This document shows positions 1-13,783 of a stretch of 64,000 nucleotides of DNA, piece by piece. Position 1 is the stretch's first letter, and each line of letters begins with the position of its first letter. Under the pieces are notes generated by a model. The model was not told the DNA's origin. It ran no database searches and saw only the letters and a list, made by a program, of their open reading frames with translations. Position numbers and translations under genes: made by a program. This stretch comes from Octopus vulgaris (taxonomy: Eukaryota). Location of the stretch: positions 152,768,001 to 152,832,000 of the forward strand of contig OX597817.1 in assembly GCA_951406725.2 (NCBI GenBank). The letters are read 5' to 3'.

Positions 1-116
1 GGACAAATACAGGGTGGCGTTGTCTGATATTCTAACGACTTTGCTACTGTCAATGTCAGTTATTTGTGTTAAAAAATCTTCATTGTTTAAATTGTCGTTT
101 TTCCTTTCTGTGTGTA

Positions 117-148
<32 letters not shown>

Positions 149-430
149 TATGTGTGTGTGTGTAGATAGACATTTATTTCAATCCTCTTAATCTAAAAGC
201 TGCTCAAACATTAGAGGAGTCTGCTTCTGCTATTACCATTTTTGGAGATGTGCCTTGCTACTACGGCAGGAGTCACAACGCTTACACAAAAGAATAAAAT
301 AGTTTAATTTTTTTTTCTCATTAAAATCCAAAGTTGAAATGAAAATAATTCTTCGCCTTCTAAAGGGAGAAAAGATTAAAGTTTAAATTCTCATCTCCGT
401 TTTCGAACAGTTCACACACACATACACACA

Positions 431-483
<53 letters not shown>

Positions 484-571
484 GCACATACAGGTACAAA
501 GCGCACAACATACAAAATAAACTTAAATAGTAATCTAAATTTTGCAACACTATTTTTGCCTGATTTTCAAA

Positions 572-573
572 TC

Positions 574-608
<35 letters not shown>

Positions 609-640
609 TAATAATGATGATGATGATGATGATGATGATG

Positions 641-691
<51 letters not shown>
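572..691. repeat. (AAT)n/(GAT)n microsatellite
   Basis: Direct trinucleotide repeats; source of the poly-I/N/M ORFs. Confidence 0.95.
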
Positions 692-692
<1 letters not shown>

Positions 693-1366
693 TAAAGAAT
701 TCAGAAGATAGAGAAAGAGAGAGACTGTGTGAGAGAGGGAGAGAGTGAGTGGGAGAGAGAGTGAGAGAGAGAAAGAGAGTAAGTGAGAGAGAGAGAGAGA
801 AAGAAAGAGAAAGTGGAGGATATAAAGTATTGGATAATGAATAAAAAAGAAAAATGGCTGAAGACATAGAACTGAGGCCGTGAGAAGCTACAAGGCTGAA
901 GTGGATAGGAGAATATAGAACAGGCGTAAAACCAAAAAAAACAAAAAAACAAACAAAGAAAAATCAAAACAAAAATAAATAAACAAACCAAACAAACGAA
1001 ATTATAGAAGACTGATGACATAAGACAGACAGACGATATACAGCAGAAGACAGAAGCTGGAATAAAACAAGAAATGGTAGAAGTCTTGATTCTTGTTATA
1101 AGGTTTTATTAGCTTGTACAATAGCCGAACGACAGTTTGTCCATGTTTATATTTCATAGCTTTCCATCTTTAATTGTCTCAGGTTTGTGTCCATTTCAGT
1201 AGCTTTTACGGTCGTCTGCTTAAATTTACATGGCAAATACTGTAATGTTAGTTGTTAACTTAACCTCTGGCCGAACAACAAACATTTCACGGCAGCCAAT
1301 GAATAATCCACTGCACACCATATCTCAACGCATTAGTACGCTCGTACGCAAGTATATATATATATA

Positions 1367-2270
1367 AATTAAATTACAGATAAAACCACTATTAGGCAAA
1401 TCAAACAGTGAAAAACATAAACCAAAACATAAAAATATAAATAATGAATATATAAATATTATATATAAATATTATATATTATATATATTATATATAAATA
1501 TTATATATAAATATTATATATTATATATATTATATATAAATATTATATACAGGAGTGGCTGTGTGGTAAGTAGCTTGCTAACCAGCCACATGGTTCCGGG
1601 TTCAGTCCCACTGCGTGGCAACTTGGGCAAGTGTCTTCTGCTATAGCCCCGGGCCGACCAATGCCTTGTGAGTGGATTTGGTAGACGGAAACTGAAAGAA
1701 GCCTGTCGTATATATGTATATATATATAAGTGTGTGTGTATATGTTTGTGTGTCTGTGTTCGTCCCCCCACCATTGCTTGACAACCGATGCTGGTTCGGC
1801 AAAGAGAGACCGATAGAATAAGTAATGGGCTTACAAAGAATAAGTCCTGGGGTCGATTTCCTTACTAAAAAGCGGTGCTCCAGCATGGCCGCAGTCAAAT
1901 GACTGAAACAAGTAAAAGAGTAAAAGAGTAAATATATAAATATTATATTATATTAAAATATATAAAAAATATAAAATTAAAAAAATTAAATTATTTAAGT
2001 TTAAAATTAAAATTATTAATTTATATTTATAAATTTTTATATTTTAATTCATTATTTTTTAAATTTTTATATTATTTTTTATTTTTATTTATATTTTTTT
2101 ATATTATATATTTTTTCTTATTAAATATATATAACTATCAAAAAGTATTAAAAAGTTTAATATAAGATAAAAAGTATATATACATATACACCTACACATA
2201 TACATATTTAACTGCTACTAAATAGCATATGCTACTTTCATTTGTCCACTCACTCTTGTATATATGTATA
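1367..2270. repeat. AT-rich dispersed repeat interrupted by a SINE
   Basis: 1367-1440 (agataaaaccactattaggcaaatcaaacagtgaaa) recurs in reverse complement at about 6190-6260; flanked by (TA)n. Confidence 0.55.
1550..1930 (+). mobile_element. tRNA-derived SINE, family A
   Basis: A-box-like tggctgtgtggt, B-box-like ggttcagtccc, core cttgggcaagtgtctt, internal TA/TG microsatellite, (gtaaaaga)n tail; about 12 copies in the window. Confidence 0.9.
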
Positions 2271-3613
2271 TATATATATAGACTAGTTTCATCTGTTTTA
2301 TATTGCGTATAACTGCCTACGTTATTTTGTAATTTTCACATTAGCATTTCGATAACTCAGCCACAAATATATATACTGACAGTCTGGATTTATCTAAGCC
2401 ATTTGGTGACGGAGTAATCACTGCTGGCGAGTCAGCAATTTACAGATGAAACCAACTCTAGTAAAGTGATTCTAGCTTCGCTTATGGAGCGGTTATCTCC
2501 ACTGTCAGTATATGAAAATATACCTACACTTCAAGCACAGTACTGACAAAGCATCAGTGACTCATTGACTCAGTATTGCCAAGCTTCAGGGATTATTGAC
2601 TCAGATAGCAGGATTTATGATTTCACTAGGTTAATTCTATTCATAAACATTTAAATTAGGAGTATTTTTTAAACCGTTAGCTTCACTTTTCAACACCTTA
2701 ACAGAAATTTAGCCTACGTAACATGAACTGAGAGGGATATCGTGGAACAGAGAAACTATGGGTGATACGATATTTTGACATTATTTTTGAATTCTGTATG
2801 CAAAAACATACGAGATACAAGCATTCTTTTTCTTGGGACAACTTCTTTGTTGACCAGTGTTATTCTTATCGTAGTTTACAAATCCAAGCATGAAAACGTT
2901 ACTCAACTTTGATGTTTTGGAGACAGAAGCCTTCTTTACACACAAGCACACACACATACATGCACACACACTCACATACACACACATGCACTTATATATT
3001 AATGATGTACATAAATACATGACAGATATACATAATACAGAAATACGCATAAAATAAACACATGCAGACAAATATTTTAATATAACAAATAAAAAAAATA
3101 ATAAAAACGTACAATCAATAAAGTGACAAAAGAAACAATAAGATGATACATGTTATTTTTATTAGGTATTTCTGTTTATTTAGAAACCTACAATGAACAG
3201 GTTATTTCACAGACGCTAAACTATAAATTTCACAGGGTACAACCTTAAAATTGACACTGCTCCGCTAAACGCAGAAAATTTTTGTTTCGCTATTGGCTAA
3301 AAATACACATTTTTTTCGATTTTTAATCTCTGTAACTTTTATCTCCAATTTTTTTTTCTCTACAATATCATACATTCATGGTAATAAGACTTGAAAACTA
3401 CATTAATATAGCCGATTTTCAGATTTTTTTTTACTTCCTTTTAAAAAAAATGCATGTTTTGCGAATCGGTTTGACTAGATGATGAAACAGTTATTTAACA
3501 AGGCTGATAGTTGTGGCTCCAAAGTTGGAGATAGTATTCATCGTATTTTCGCTAAATAGTCTCCAACGACAAATACGCGACTTATCGCTTCGAATGTTGT
3601 GTATATATGTATG

Positions 3614-3702
<89 letters not shown>

Positions 3703-3707
3703 GTATG

Positions 3708-3739
<32 letters not shown>

Positions 3740-3972
3740 CATGCATGTATGTATGTATGTATGTATGTATGTATGTATGTATGTATGTATGTATGTATGT
3801 ATGTATGTATGTATATATATATATATATATATGTATTTATATATAAGGGCAAAAGAAAACTTTTTCTTTTGCCCTTATTTATAATTGTATTTATAATTTT
3901 TAACTTAAAACGCATTTTTCATATGCTGGCCACTGTTGAAATAAAAAAATATCCTTATAGTATTATTATTAT

Positions 3973-4009
<37 letters not shown>

Positions 4010-4021
4010 CATATACGCACA

Positions 4022-4860
4022 TGAGGTCTGATCAATAAGTATCTGGACTGTTGCCATAGTAACGAAGCTAAAGCACGCCGAGTAAAGCCGCTTGGCAAAG
4101 CCTTGTGCATTATGTTTCAGCGTTCTCGCTCAAATCCGCTGTTTACAGCAGTGCTTGGAAGAAAGTTGTGTAGCATGTGATCGTCGCATTGACCATGACA
4201 GAGAAAGTTGTCATAGCGATCCCTGCTCAGAGGCTTGTGCAAAGTTGTAGAAAGTGTATGGTGAGGTGTGTATGAGTCGCACACAAGTGTACGTGTGATT
4301 TAGACGCTTCCAAGATGGTCGAAAAAATGTCGATATTGACGAACGTTCTGGGAGACCTGCAACCAGCAGAACTGAGAAAAACATCGCAGATGTGCGTGCA
4401 GCTGCGAGGGGAAATCGTCGAATCACCATTTGCGAGTTATCAGAAGATGTGCAGATTAGTTATGGTTCAGTTCAGTTCATTATCACTGAAGATTTGGATA
4501 TGAGACGCGTGTCTGCCAAGTTTGTGCCAAAACTGCTTTCTGCTGACCAAAAAGGCATTCAGGTTTCAGTTGAGCAAAATCTACTTGATTGTGTGGAGAA
4601 CGAGGAAAACATTGCGTAGGTCTCTAAGCAGATATCTATGGCAAAATTTGATGCAGATTCTCTGGTCATCTTTATCTGTCATGGTCAATGCGACGATTAC
4701 ATACAACACACGTTCCTGCCAAGCACTGCTGCAGACAACGGAAGTAAGCTAGAACGTCAAAACAGTACGTATGCACAGCAAATTTTAAGGTCGATTCGTG
4801 CTAAATGGTTTCACTCTGCATGCTTTAGCGTCGTTACTATAGCAACAGTCTGGATACTTA
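4022..4860 (+). mobile_element. Mariner-like DNA transposon, internally deleted and decayed
   Basis: Long TIRs (taagtatctggactgttgccatagtaacg / cgttactatagcaacagtctggatactta); transposase N-terminal HTH remnant ERSGRPATS...RRVSAKFVPKLLS. Confidence 0.9.
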
Positions 4861-4863
4861 TAT

Positions 4864-4912
<49 letters not shown>

Positions 4913-5447
4913 TAACAGGCTAAGTTCTATAGTTTTCGCAGTGAAGATTCGCATAGTTTTATTGCACACATATTTTTTTAATTCGTCCATACATTTGCTG
5001 TCTTAGGACTTTAAATAGTTAACACGCCGCCAGCGAATGTACTGGTATGCAAATGAGAGAAATCAGCGCCTGTAACAGTATTCTTCACAAGTGTCTGTAT
5101 ATGCACGCATGTACGTGTATATGTTCATGTGTGTGTGTATGTGTGTGTGTGTGTGTGAGTTCGCATGAAAGAGAGAGAGAGAGGCATTTGTGTGAGCTTC
5201 TGGTTTACCTCAGATAGGAATAAGCATTAAAAACATAAAGATAAGCAGTTCCAAATAGAAAATCGAACATCAAATCAGGCTGCGTGCCCACATCCAGAAT
5301 TCAGAATTGCATAACAATACGAAATGCGCACAAGACACGCTTCACTACCCAAGAGCATGTGACTAATAGACTAATATATATATATATATATATAGATAGA
5401 TATGTTGCCTTTCGGTTGTAAACTGCGAATTGCCACCGTAATAGTTT

Positions 5448-5480
<33 letters not shown>

Positions 5481-5504
5481 AACAAAGATAAATGCGATAC
5501 AATT

Positions 5505-5556
<52 letters not shown>

Positions 5557-5682
5557 ATGTATGTATTTTTTTTTCTAGTTTCAGCTCAGAGCTGCGGCCA
5601 TGCTGATGCACCGCCGTTTTGTGCTACACTGTTATTACGACGAACCTCGTCTAATATGTGGCACTTGGTGAAGAATGGAGTT

Positions 5683-5712
<30 letters not shown>

Positions 5713-5717
<5 letters not shown>

Positions 5718-5939
5718 CTTTATTGCCCACAAGGGGCTAAACATAGAGGGGACAAACAAGGACAGACAAAGGGATTAAGTCGATTACATCGACCCCAGTG
5801 TGAAACTGGTACTTTTATTTATCCACCCCGAAAGGATGAAAGGCAAAGTCGACCTCGGAGGAGTTTGAACTCAGAACGTAACGACAGACGAAAAACCGCT
5901 AAGCATTCCTTCCGGCGCGCTAACGTGTCTGTCAGCTCG

Positions 5940-5941
<2 letters not shown>
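5713..5941 (-). mobile_element. tRNA-derived SINE, family B (monomer)
   Basis: Minus strand reads ggcgagctgacagacacgttagc...gagttcaaactcc (A/B boxes) and ends gcaataaagaaa; inserted in (TA)n. Confidence 0.9.
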
Positions 5942-5988
<47 letters not shown>

Positions 5989-5989
5989 A

Positions 5990-6339
5990 TAATAAAAAAA
6001 AAAATAAATAAAATAAATAAATAAAATAAAATAATAGTAATAAAAAATATATATATTTATATATATATATATTTAAAATTCATAAGTTTAATTTATTAAT
6101 TTAAATCATTTTTTAAATTTTAACTTTAATTTAAATATTTTAGTTTGGAATTATATATTTTATATTTTATATATATTTTTTTAATTAATTTTATTTCTAT
6201 GTATTGGCTTATGATTTCACTGTTTGATTTGCCTAATAGTGGTTTTATCTCTAATTTAATATAATATATATTTATACTATAAAATTAGATTTAATACTAA
6301 ATCTAATTTTTCCCTGTAAGTTTGGATTTACTCCCTAAT

Positions 6340-6345
<6 letters not shown>
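5990..6345. repeat. Second, inverted copy of the 1367 AT-rich repeat family
   Basis: 6190-6260 is the reverse complement of 1367-1440. Confidence 0.55.
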
Positions 6346-6392
<47 letters not shown>

Positions 6393-6393
6393 A

Positions 6394-6800
6394 GGCGTAG
6401 GAGTGGCTGTGTGGTAAGTAGCTTGCTTACCAACCACATGGTTCCGGGTTCAGTCCCACTGCGTGGCACCCTGGGCAAATGTCTTCTATTATAGCCTTGA
6501 GCCAACCAAAGCCTTGTGAGTGGATTTGGTAGACGGAAACTGAAAGAACCCCGTCGTATATATGTATATGTATATATATATATATGTGTGTGTGTGTGGT
6601 TGTGTCTGTGTTTGTCTCCCCAACATCGCTTGACAACCGATGTTGGTGTGTTTACGTCCCCGTAACTTAGCGGTTCTGCAAAAGAGACCGATAGAATAAG
6701 TACTAGGCTTACAAAGAATAAGTCCTGGGGTCGATTTGCTCGACTAAAGGCGGTGCTCCAGCATGACTGAAACAAGTAAAAGAATAAAAGAGTAAAAGAA
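6394..6800 (+). mobile_element. SINE family A, full length
   Basis: High similarity to 1550-1930; sits in (TA)n. Confidence 0.92.
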
Positions 6801-6804
6801 TATG

Positions 6805-6835
<31 letters not shown>

Positions 6836-7306
6836 AAGGTGGTTATTTGCAATTTACAGCCGAAAGGCAATAAGTACAGTCGTCACTAAAGTGATTGAGG
6901 GTGCTTGTCAGTACCAGCTTTGCTAGAAATAAGTGTGAAAACAATTCTTTTGCGCGTCAGAGTAGTTTTCTAACAACTGACAAAGGAAACAAGCTCCCTA
7001 AGGCAAGCAAGATGGAGTCATATCGTCGATCACTTTTGATTTGATTAATCTTCGTCAGTGACCCATTGCTCTGTCACCGAGGGTTAAAAACTTAATTGTC
7101 TTTGTTTTATAGAGAACACCATAGGAAACATTTAAATTAATATTATTTGCTATATTAAATCTTCTCGCCACCATCTGGGATTCATCATATTTTAAGTAAC
7201 ATTTACTATCCCAATGGGGTTGCTAAAATTGATTGGCTTTTTACGGTATTAATTTTTCAGTTAAACAAAAATTGCTTAAGTAGTTTTATGTATACGCATA
7301 ATATAT

Positions 7307-7890
7307 ACTTTTCTATTCTAGTCACAAGGTCCGAAATTTTTGGTGAGGGGGTGGGGGGCAGTTGATTAGATCGAATCCATTACGCAACTGGTACCTAATT
7401 TATCGACTCCGAAAGGATGAAAAGCAAGGTTGACCTCGGCAGAATTTGAACTTAGAATGTAAAGACAGACGAAATACTTATTTCTTTACTGCCCACAAGG
7501 AGCTACACACAGAGGAAACAAACAAGTACAGACAAACGGATTAAGTCGATTATATCGACCCCAGTGCGTAACTGGTACTTATTTAATCGACCTCGAAAGG
7601 ATAAAAGGCAAAGTCGACCTCGGCGGAATTTGAACTCAGAACGTAACGGCAGACGAAATACCTATGTCTTTACTACCCGCAAGGCGCCAAACACTGAGAG
7701 GACAAACAAGGACAGACAAACGGATTAAGTCGATTACATCGACCTCAGTGCGTAACTGGTACTTAATTTATCGACTCCGAAAAGGATGAAAAGATGAAAA
7801 GCAAAGTTGACCTCGGTGGAATTTGAACTCAGAACGTAACGGCAAACGAAATACCGCTAAGCATTTCGTTTCTGCCAGCTTGCCGCCTTC
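7307..7890 (-). mobile_element. SINE family B trimer
   Basis: Three roughly 180-bp units; perfect 15-bp TSD atacgcataatatat at 7292-7306 and 7891-7905. Confidence 0.9.
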
Positions 7891-7907
7891 ATACGCATAA
7901 TATATTG

Positions 7908-8455
<548 letters not shown>

Positions 8456-8939
8456 AAGGTAAGAAAATCACTCACACATATATATTAGTGTTTACATAAT
8501 ATGTACACACACACACGCATACACAAATGCATACATATATACACATACATACATAAATGCATACATATATACACATACATTCATACATATATACATGTAA
8601 CTGGCACAACATATGTTTGGAATTCCACTCTGCCACGTATCTCATTTTCAATAAATTTTAATTAATTAAAATTCTGAGGTTGTCTTCATCTGCTTTTTGA
8701 CCAGCAGGAACCACTTAGAGAATTACAATCGTAATTTCTAAGTAATTTTAGAAATTATTTCCTGCCCTAAAGTATTAATTAGGCTAGCGCCCATTTTAGT
8801 GTAATCGATGGAAGCTAGTTAGAGTAGCCACTTAGGGATGAAACTTTTTAGATAACAATAATTGATTGATAACATTATGGAAAGGAATAAAGAGTTTGAA
8901 CAACGACTACTAGTGATAACAATAACCGGTTGATAATAT

Positions 8940-9357
8940 CATCCATAACCACAAATCACTGGTTTCTGCCACAAGGCTTCATTTCCACACACGCCAGCTT
9001 AATTCAATTCGTCCCTAGTCGAAAGACACCTGTGGTTATGTCTTGTTATTACTATTATTTTTATTGTATTTGTATTTGTGTAAAATAGTCTGTTTTTTCT
9101 GTCCTTGTTTTTGTATACATTCGCTGCTTTCTTCCAAGGAATCTAATACTCTTAGCTTAGTTTTTCCTTGGGGCTGGCCAGATTGGAGCAATCTCAAATA
9201 TAATCAGCCGAAATTGCGAGGGTAATCTGGTGCTTGACTGAGAAAAGAAAACTTCGAATGACCCGTCCTTGTTTCCTTGTATCATCTATCTGGATGTTTT
9301 GTTGTCCCATTTTTGTATCACCTAGCTGTCCGGATGTTTTACGTTCTTGTCCCATTT

Positions 9358-9359
<2 letters not shown>
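8940..9359 (+). mobile_element. Dispersed repeat ending in (TA)n, probable PLE terminal-repeat remnant
   Basis: 9210-9359 is homologous to the reverse complement of 62226-62378; the 3' end abuts (TA)n. Confidence 0.5.
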
Positions 9360-9417
<58 letters not shown>

Positions 9418-9459
9418 CATACATACATACATATATATAGCAGCGTACATACACTTTGG

Positions 9460-9533
<74 letters not shown>

Positions 9534-9572
9534 GTATATATATATGTATATATATATATGTATATATATATG

Positions 9573-9607
<35 letters not shown>

Positions 9608-9620
9608 GTATATATATATG

Positions 9621-9657
<37 letters not shown>

Positions 9658-9686
9658 GTATGTATATATATATATGTATGTATATA

Positions 9687-9735
<49 letters not shown>

Positions 9736-9748
9736 GTATATATATATG

Positions 9749-9803
<55 letters not shown>

Positions 9804-9810
9804 GTATATA

Positions 9811-9894
<84 letters not shown>

Positions 9895-9900
9895 TGTATG

Positions 9901-9931
<31 letters not shown>

Positions 9932-9945
9932 GTGTGTGTGTATGT
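9360..9945. repeat. Compound (TA)n/(TATG)n/(TATC)n microsatellite
   Basis: Direct inspection. Confidence 0.95.
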
Positions 9946-10058
9946 AGTATGTATATAGTAACTAACTGAAGAAAAGAGTTCCTTCAAAAGGTGTGTTAAA
10001 CTGCCAATTCACTGGTACGTCAGTTGAATACCATATATATATGGGTATAATGCAATTA

Positions 10059-10215
10059 CAAAGATAAATTAAATAGAGAAATACTATTGACACTCTAATG
10101 ATTTATATATATATTATGTTATAACATATTCATAGTATATTATGTAATATTGTAATATTATAATATAAATAAATTATTTGATTGTCAATAGTATCTCTCT
10201 ATTTAATTTATCTTT
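10059..10215. repeat. Fold-back inverted repeat, AT-rich
   Basis: aaagataaattaaatagagaaatactattgaca / tgtcaatagtatctctctatttaatttatcttt. Confidence 0.75.
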
Positions 10216-10976
10216 ATATATATTAATAATACAGGGTAAAAATCATCAATGATTTTACCAAGGGGTCAGCGCGGAATTAAAAACCTTGTAGGTAAATTTT
10301 ACAAATATTTTAATAAGTATCATCAATAATATTAATACGCTAACTTTTTGTTTTTGTACGTAAGTGTTGTGTGCGTCTCACTTACTTCAAAGAAGTGGCA
10401 AAACGAGAGAGAGGAGAACAGAGAGGAAGTAAGAGAGAAAGAGAGAGAGTGTAAAAGAGTCAGTGAGTGGTGATGGCGTTTGTTTTGTGTTTTTAAATAC
10501 TTATCACATCGCAAGAGAAGTAGATACATAGATATATACACACGTTGTTAAATCAAAAGCCGGTGAGAAGAGGGACACAAAAGAAGTGAAAGAGAAAGAG
10601 AGAAAGTGAGAGAGACAGTAGATACATAAATCCAAAGAAAAGTTCATATACAGATACATAGACACAGCAAATATTGGCTGTCAATTTCACTTTTCATTAC
10701 TAAACGGGGATAAAATTAACTTATAAATGGCTGAGTAGTCCACAGACATGCATAACATTAACGTAAGTTTCAGGGAGATTCAGCCTCACACAGAATATGG
10801 CAAGGCAGGCCCCTTTGAATTACAGCTACAACTCGAGACATATATATATGAACGTATTTTTGTGTGTGTATAGTTAAAACATGTTTGCAATAATAAGTGT
10901 CGTGTGGTGGAAATAAACGTAATTACCAAATTTTCATCCATAAATCCATTTATTATATCATTCTTTTGCATTTCAA

Positions 10977-11228
10977 TTGGTACATTTGTACTCAGAAATT
11001 TTCAACAACTGCACGCCAGACGAAATGGAAAAACGAGAAATTTTATTTCCTAAAAATTCTGACTGTCTTGCAATGAATGAAAAAGTTCTTAATATTATAC
11101 CAGAAGCACTTAAATCGTACTTAAGCACAGATTCAGTGTCCTGCAATAATGAAGAGCTGGTTTATAACTATCCATTTGAATTCATAAACTCACTCACTCC
11201 ATCCGGTATGCCTCCTCATCGCCTCAAC
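10977..11228 (+). pseudogene. Helitron Pif1-family helicase fragment
   Basis: ILFPKNSDCLAMNEKVL...YLSTDSV...YPFEFINSLTPSGMPPHRL matches the Helitron RepHel helicase segment; truncated by a SINE. Confidence 0.85.
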
Positions 11229-11579
11229 CAATTGACTCCGGGTTCAGCCTCACTGCGTGATACTTTGTTTTTTTTCTATATTGTTTTCTTCTGTAGCCTT
11301 TGGATCAACCAAAGCTTTATGAGTAGATTTGGTAGACGGAAACTGAAAAAAAAAAAATAATATATACATGCATGCGTGTGTATCTTTGTGTTTGTCGCCC
11401 ATCATGGCAAGACAACCGGTGTTGGTGTGTTTACGTGACCGTTACGGTTTGGTTCAGAAAAAAGAGAGTGATTAAATAATTACCAGGCTTAAAAAAAGGA
11501 CCGGAGTCGATTCGTTCACCTATAATTCTTCAAGGCGGTGCCCCAGTATGGCTACAATCTAATGACTGAAAGAAGTAAA

Positions 11580-11580
<1 letters not shown>
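11229..11580 (+). mobile_element. SINE family A, 5'-truncated
   Basis: gatttggtagacggaaactgaa ... gcggtgccccagtatggc. Confidence 0.85.
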
Positions 11581-11625
<45 letters not shown>

Positions 11626-11761
11626 CAATAAATGGTGGGGTTGTGTTGACCGCACGTGGAGAAATGATAAGTAAGGAAAAATTTTTTTAAAAATGCAGAA
11701 TGCTCAAATGAAAGAAAATTTTAATAAAATGAGAAATTGATAAAATATATAAATATATATT

Positions 11762-11802
11762 TATTCAACCGGTTTTCGTCATTGTATGACTTGTCAAGAA
11801 TA
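11762..11802 (-). ncRNA. Minimal hammerhead-like motif, U3:A8 variant (left arm)
   Basis: Reverse complement of 13743-13783. Confidence 0.65.
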
Positions 11803-12429
11803 TTTATGTTTTAAAAAGTTTTTTTAAAAATTAGAAAGGGGAAAAAAGAAAATTGCATTGTTTTTTGTAAAAGAATAATGATAAAAATGTACAAAAATTA
11901 AAAAATAAGTTCTCCGATACATTGTGAGTTCGTTGTGTATCTTGAGTTTTATGGTTGTTTACGAAAAAATTACCTTGAGGTGTTAAGATCCAAAGGGATT
12001 AAGAGCATGTGTTGTGTTGTTAAATTCAGCATGTTTGCAGGACAGGAAGTAGTAGTAATTGTGGTCCTGGTTCTTCAGTTCCTGTGTTGTGAGTAAGGGG
12101 AGACAACTCTTTTGAGTTCTTCAATAAAACCCAAATTATAAAATTATCATTTTAGCTTCATTTGCGTTATCTTTTTTATATAATTGCTTGTTAACTTAAC
12201 TTTCAGATTTTAACACTTTATTTATATTATTTTCTAATTATATAAATCTGCATAGACAATTGCATTTCAAATTGTCATATCATTTATAATAAAAATGATA
12301 GTAATAACAACAATAGTAAAAATGATATTTAAAGAATATAAGTTTTAGCTTGAAGTGATGAATGCATGGTATCTTTATATATTTGTGTTAGTCCATCCAT
12401 GAAGAGTGAGGTAGAGAAAGGAAGTTTGA

Positions 12430-12893
12430 TCAACGAGGAGTTTGCATATTAAGTTGTGTTTGGAATTTTTCCATAAAGAGATTCTCCTTGTTAATTCTCT
12501 CCTGTGTGGTGATCCCGTCTTTACATTGGTAGAAGGGGAATATATAGAATTTGGGGTTTAAGTCTTTAGCACATGAGTCTAAGTGGTCACTCAGTGGAAT
12601 TTGTCGGTATTCCGGGAGATTAGGTTGGGTGGTTTTCAGTGTAGTGTTGTCTAGTTCTTTGGCGCGTTTTATTCCATACTCTATAAGGGTGGAGGGATAT
12701 TGACGTTGTAATAGTGTTTTTTTGAGGTCTTGAAGGCGTATTTCTCGTGTTTTTGGATCCGAGACAATGGTGCATACCCTTTTAGCTAAATTGAAAGGGA
12801 TATTTGTCTTGGTGTGTTTTGGGTGGCATGAACTAAAGAGAAGGTATTGTTGTGAGTCTGTAGGTTTGTGGTAGATGTCTGTTATGATTTCGT
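12430..12893 (-). pseudogene. PLE reverse transcriptase thumb fused in frame to the GIY-YIG C-terminus
   Basis: TDIYHKPTDSQQYLLFSSCHPKHTKTNIPFNLAKRVCTIVSD is the PLE RT C-terminal motif (YxKPT..YL..S.HP); followed by ...ERINKENLFMEKFQTQLN. Confidence 0.88.
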
Positions 12894-13115
12894 AAACGAG
12901 TAACGGTGCATAAAGAACAAATAAATCTCCCGGAATACCGACAAATTCCACTGAGTGACCACTTAGACTCATGTGCTAAAGACTTAAACCCCAAATTCTA
13001 TATATTCCCCTTCTACCAATGTAAAGACGGGATCACCACACAGGAGAGAATTAACAAGGAGAATCTCTTTATTGAAAAATTCCAAACACAACTTAATATG
13101 CAAACTCCTCGTTGA
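12891..13115 (+). pseudogene. PLE GIY-YIG endonuclease C-terminal half
   Basis: RKRVTVHKEQI...SDHLDSC...ERINKENLFIEKFQTQLN retains the R, H, E and LN hallmarks of PLE GIY-YIG domains. Confidence 0.8.
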
Positions 13116-13742
13116 TCAAACTTCCTTTCTCTACCTCACTCTTCATGGATGGACTAACACAAATATATAAAGATACCATGCATTCATCACTTCAAGCTAA
13201 AACTTATATTCTTTAAATATCATTTTTACTATTGTTGTTATTACTATCATTTTTATTATAAATGATATGACAATTTGAAATGCAATTGTCTATGCAGATT
13301 TATATAATTAGAAAATAATATAAATAAAGTGTTAAAATCTGAAAGTTAAGTTAACAAGCAATTATATAAAAAAGATAACGCAAATGAAGCTAAAATGATA
13401 ATTTTATAATTTGGGTTTTATTGAAGAACTCAAAAGAGTTGTCTCCCCTTACTCACAACACAGGAACTGAAGAACCAGGACCACAATTACTACTACTTCC
13501 TGTCCTGCAAACATGCTGAATTTAACAACACAACACATGCTCTTAATCCCTTTGGATCTTAACACCTCAAGGTAATTTTTTCGTAAACAACCATAAAACT
13601 CAAGATACACAACGAACTCACAATGTATCGGAGAACTTATTTTTTAATTTTTGTACATTTTTATCATTATTCTTTTACAAAAAACAATGCAATTTTCTTT
13701 TTTTCCCTTTCTAATTTTTAAAAAAACTTTTTAAAACATAAA

Positions 13743-13783
13743 TATTCTTGACAAGTCATACAATGACGAAAACCGGTTGAATA
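13743..13783 (+). ncRNA. Minimal hammerhead-like motif, U3:A8 variant
   Basis: tattc-TTGACAA-gtcat aca atgac-GAAA(A)-ccgg-TT-gaata: helix I, core, helix II, palindromic loop III; one extra A. Confidence 0.65.

Noticed and set aside
1367-6260. 1367 and 6190 inverted copies as TIRs of one 4.9-kb transposon
   Set aside because: The copies are diverged, show no TSD, and the interior is a mosaic of unrelated elements; more likely two independent insertions.
8940-9260. Hammerheads at cataaccaca/tgtggttatg and ggctg/cagcc-GAAA
   Set aside because: Stems and GAAA are present but no acceptable 7-nt core or UH site.
9277-9969. Long YI/VC/HT/LS-rich ORFs here and throughout (e.g. 30925-32968, 48017-48859)
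   Set aside because: Translations of di- and tetranucleotide microsatellites lacking stop codons; not genes.
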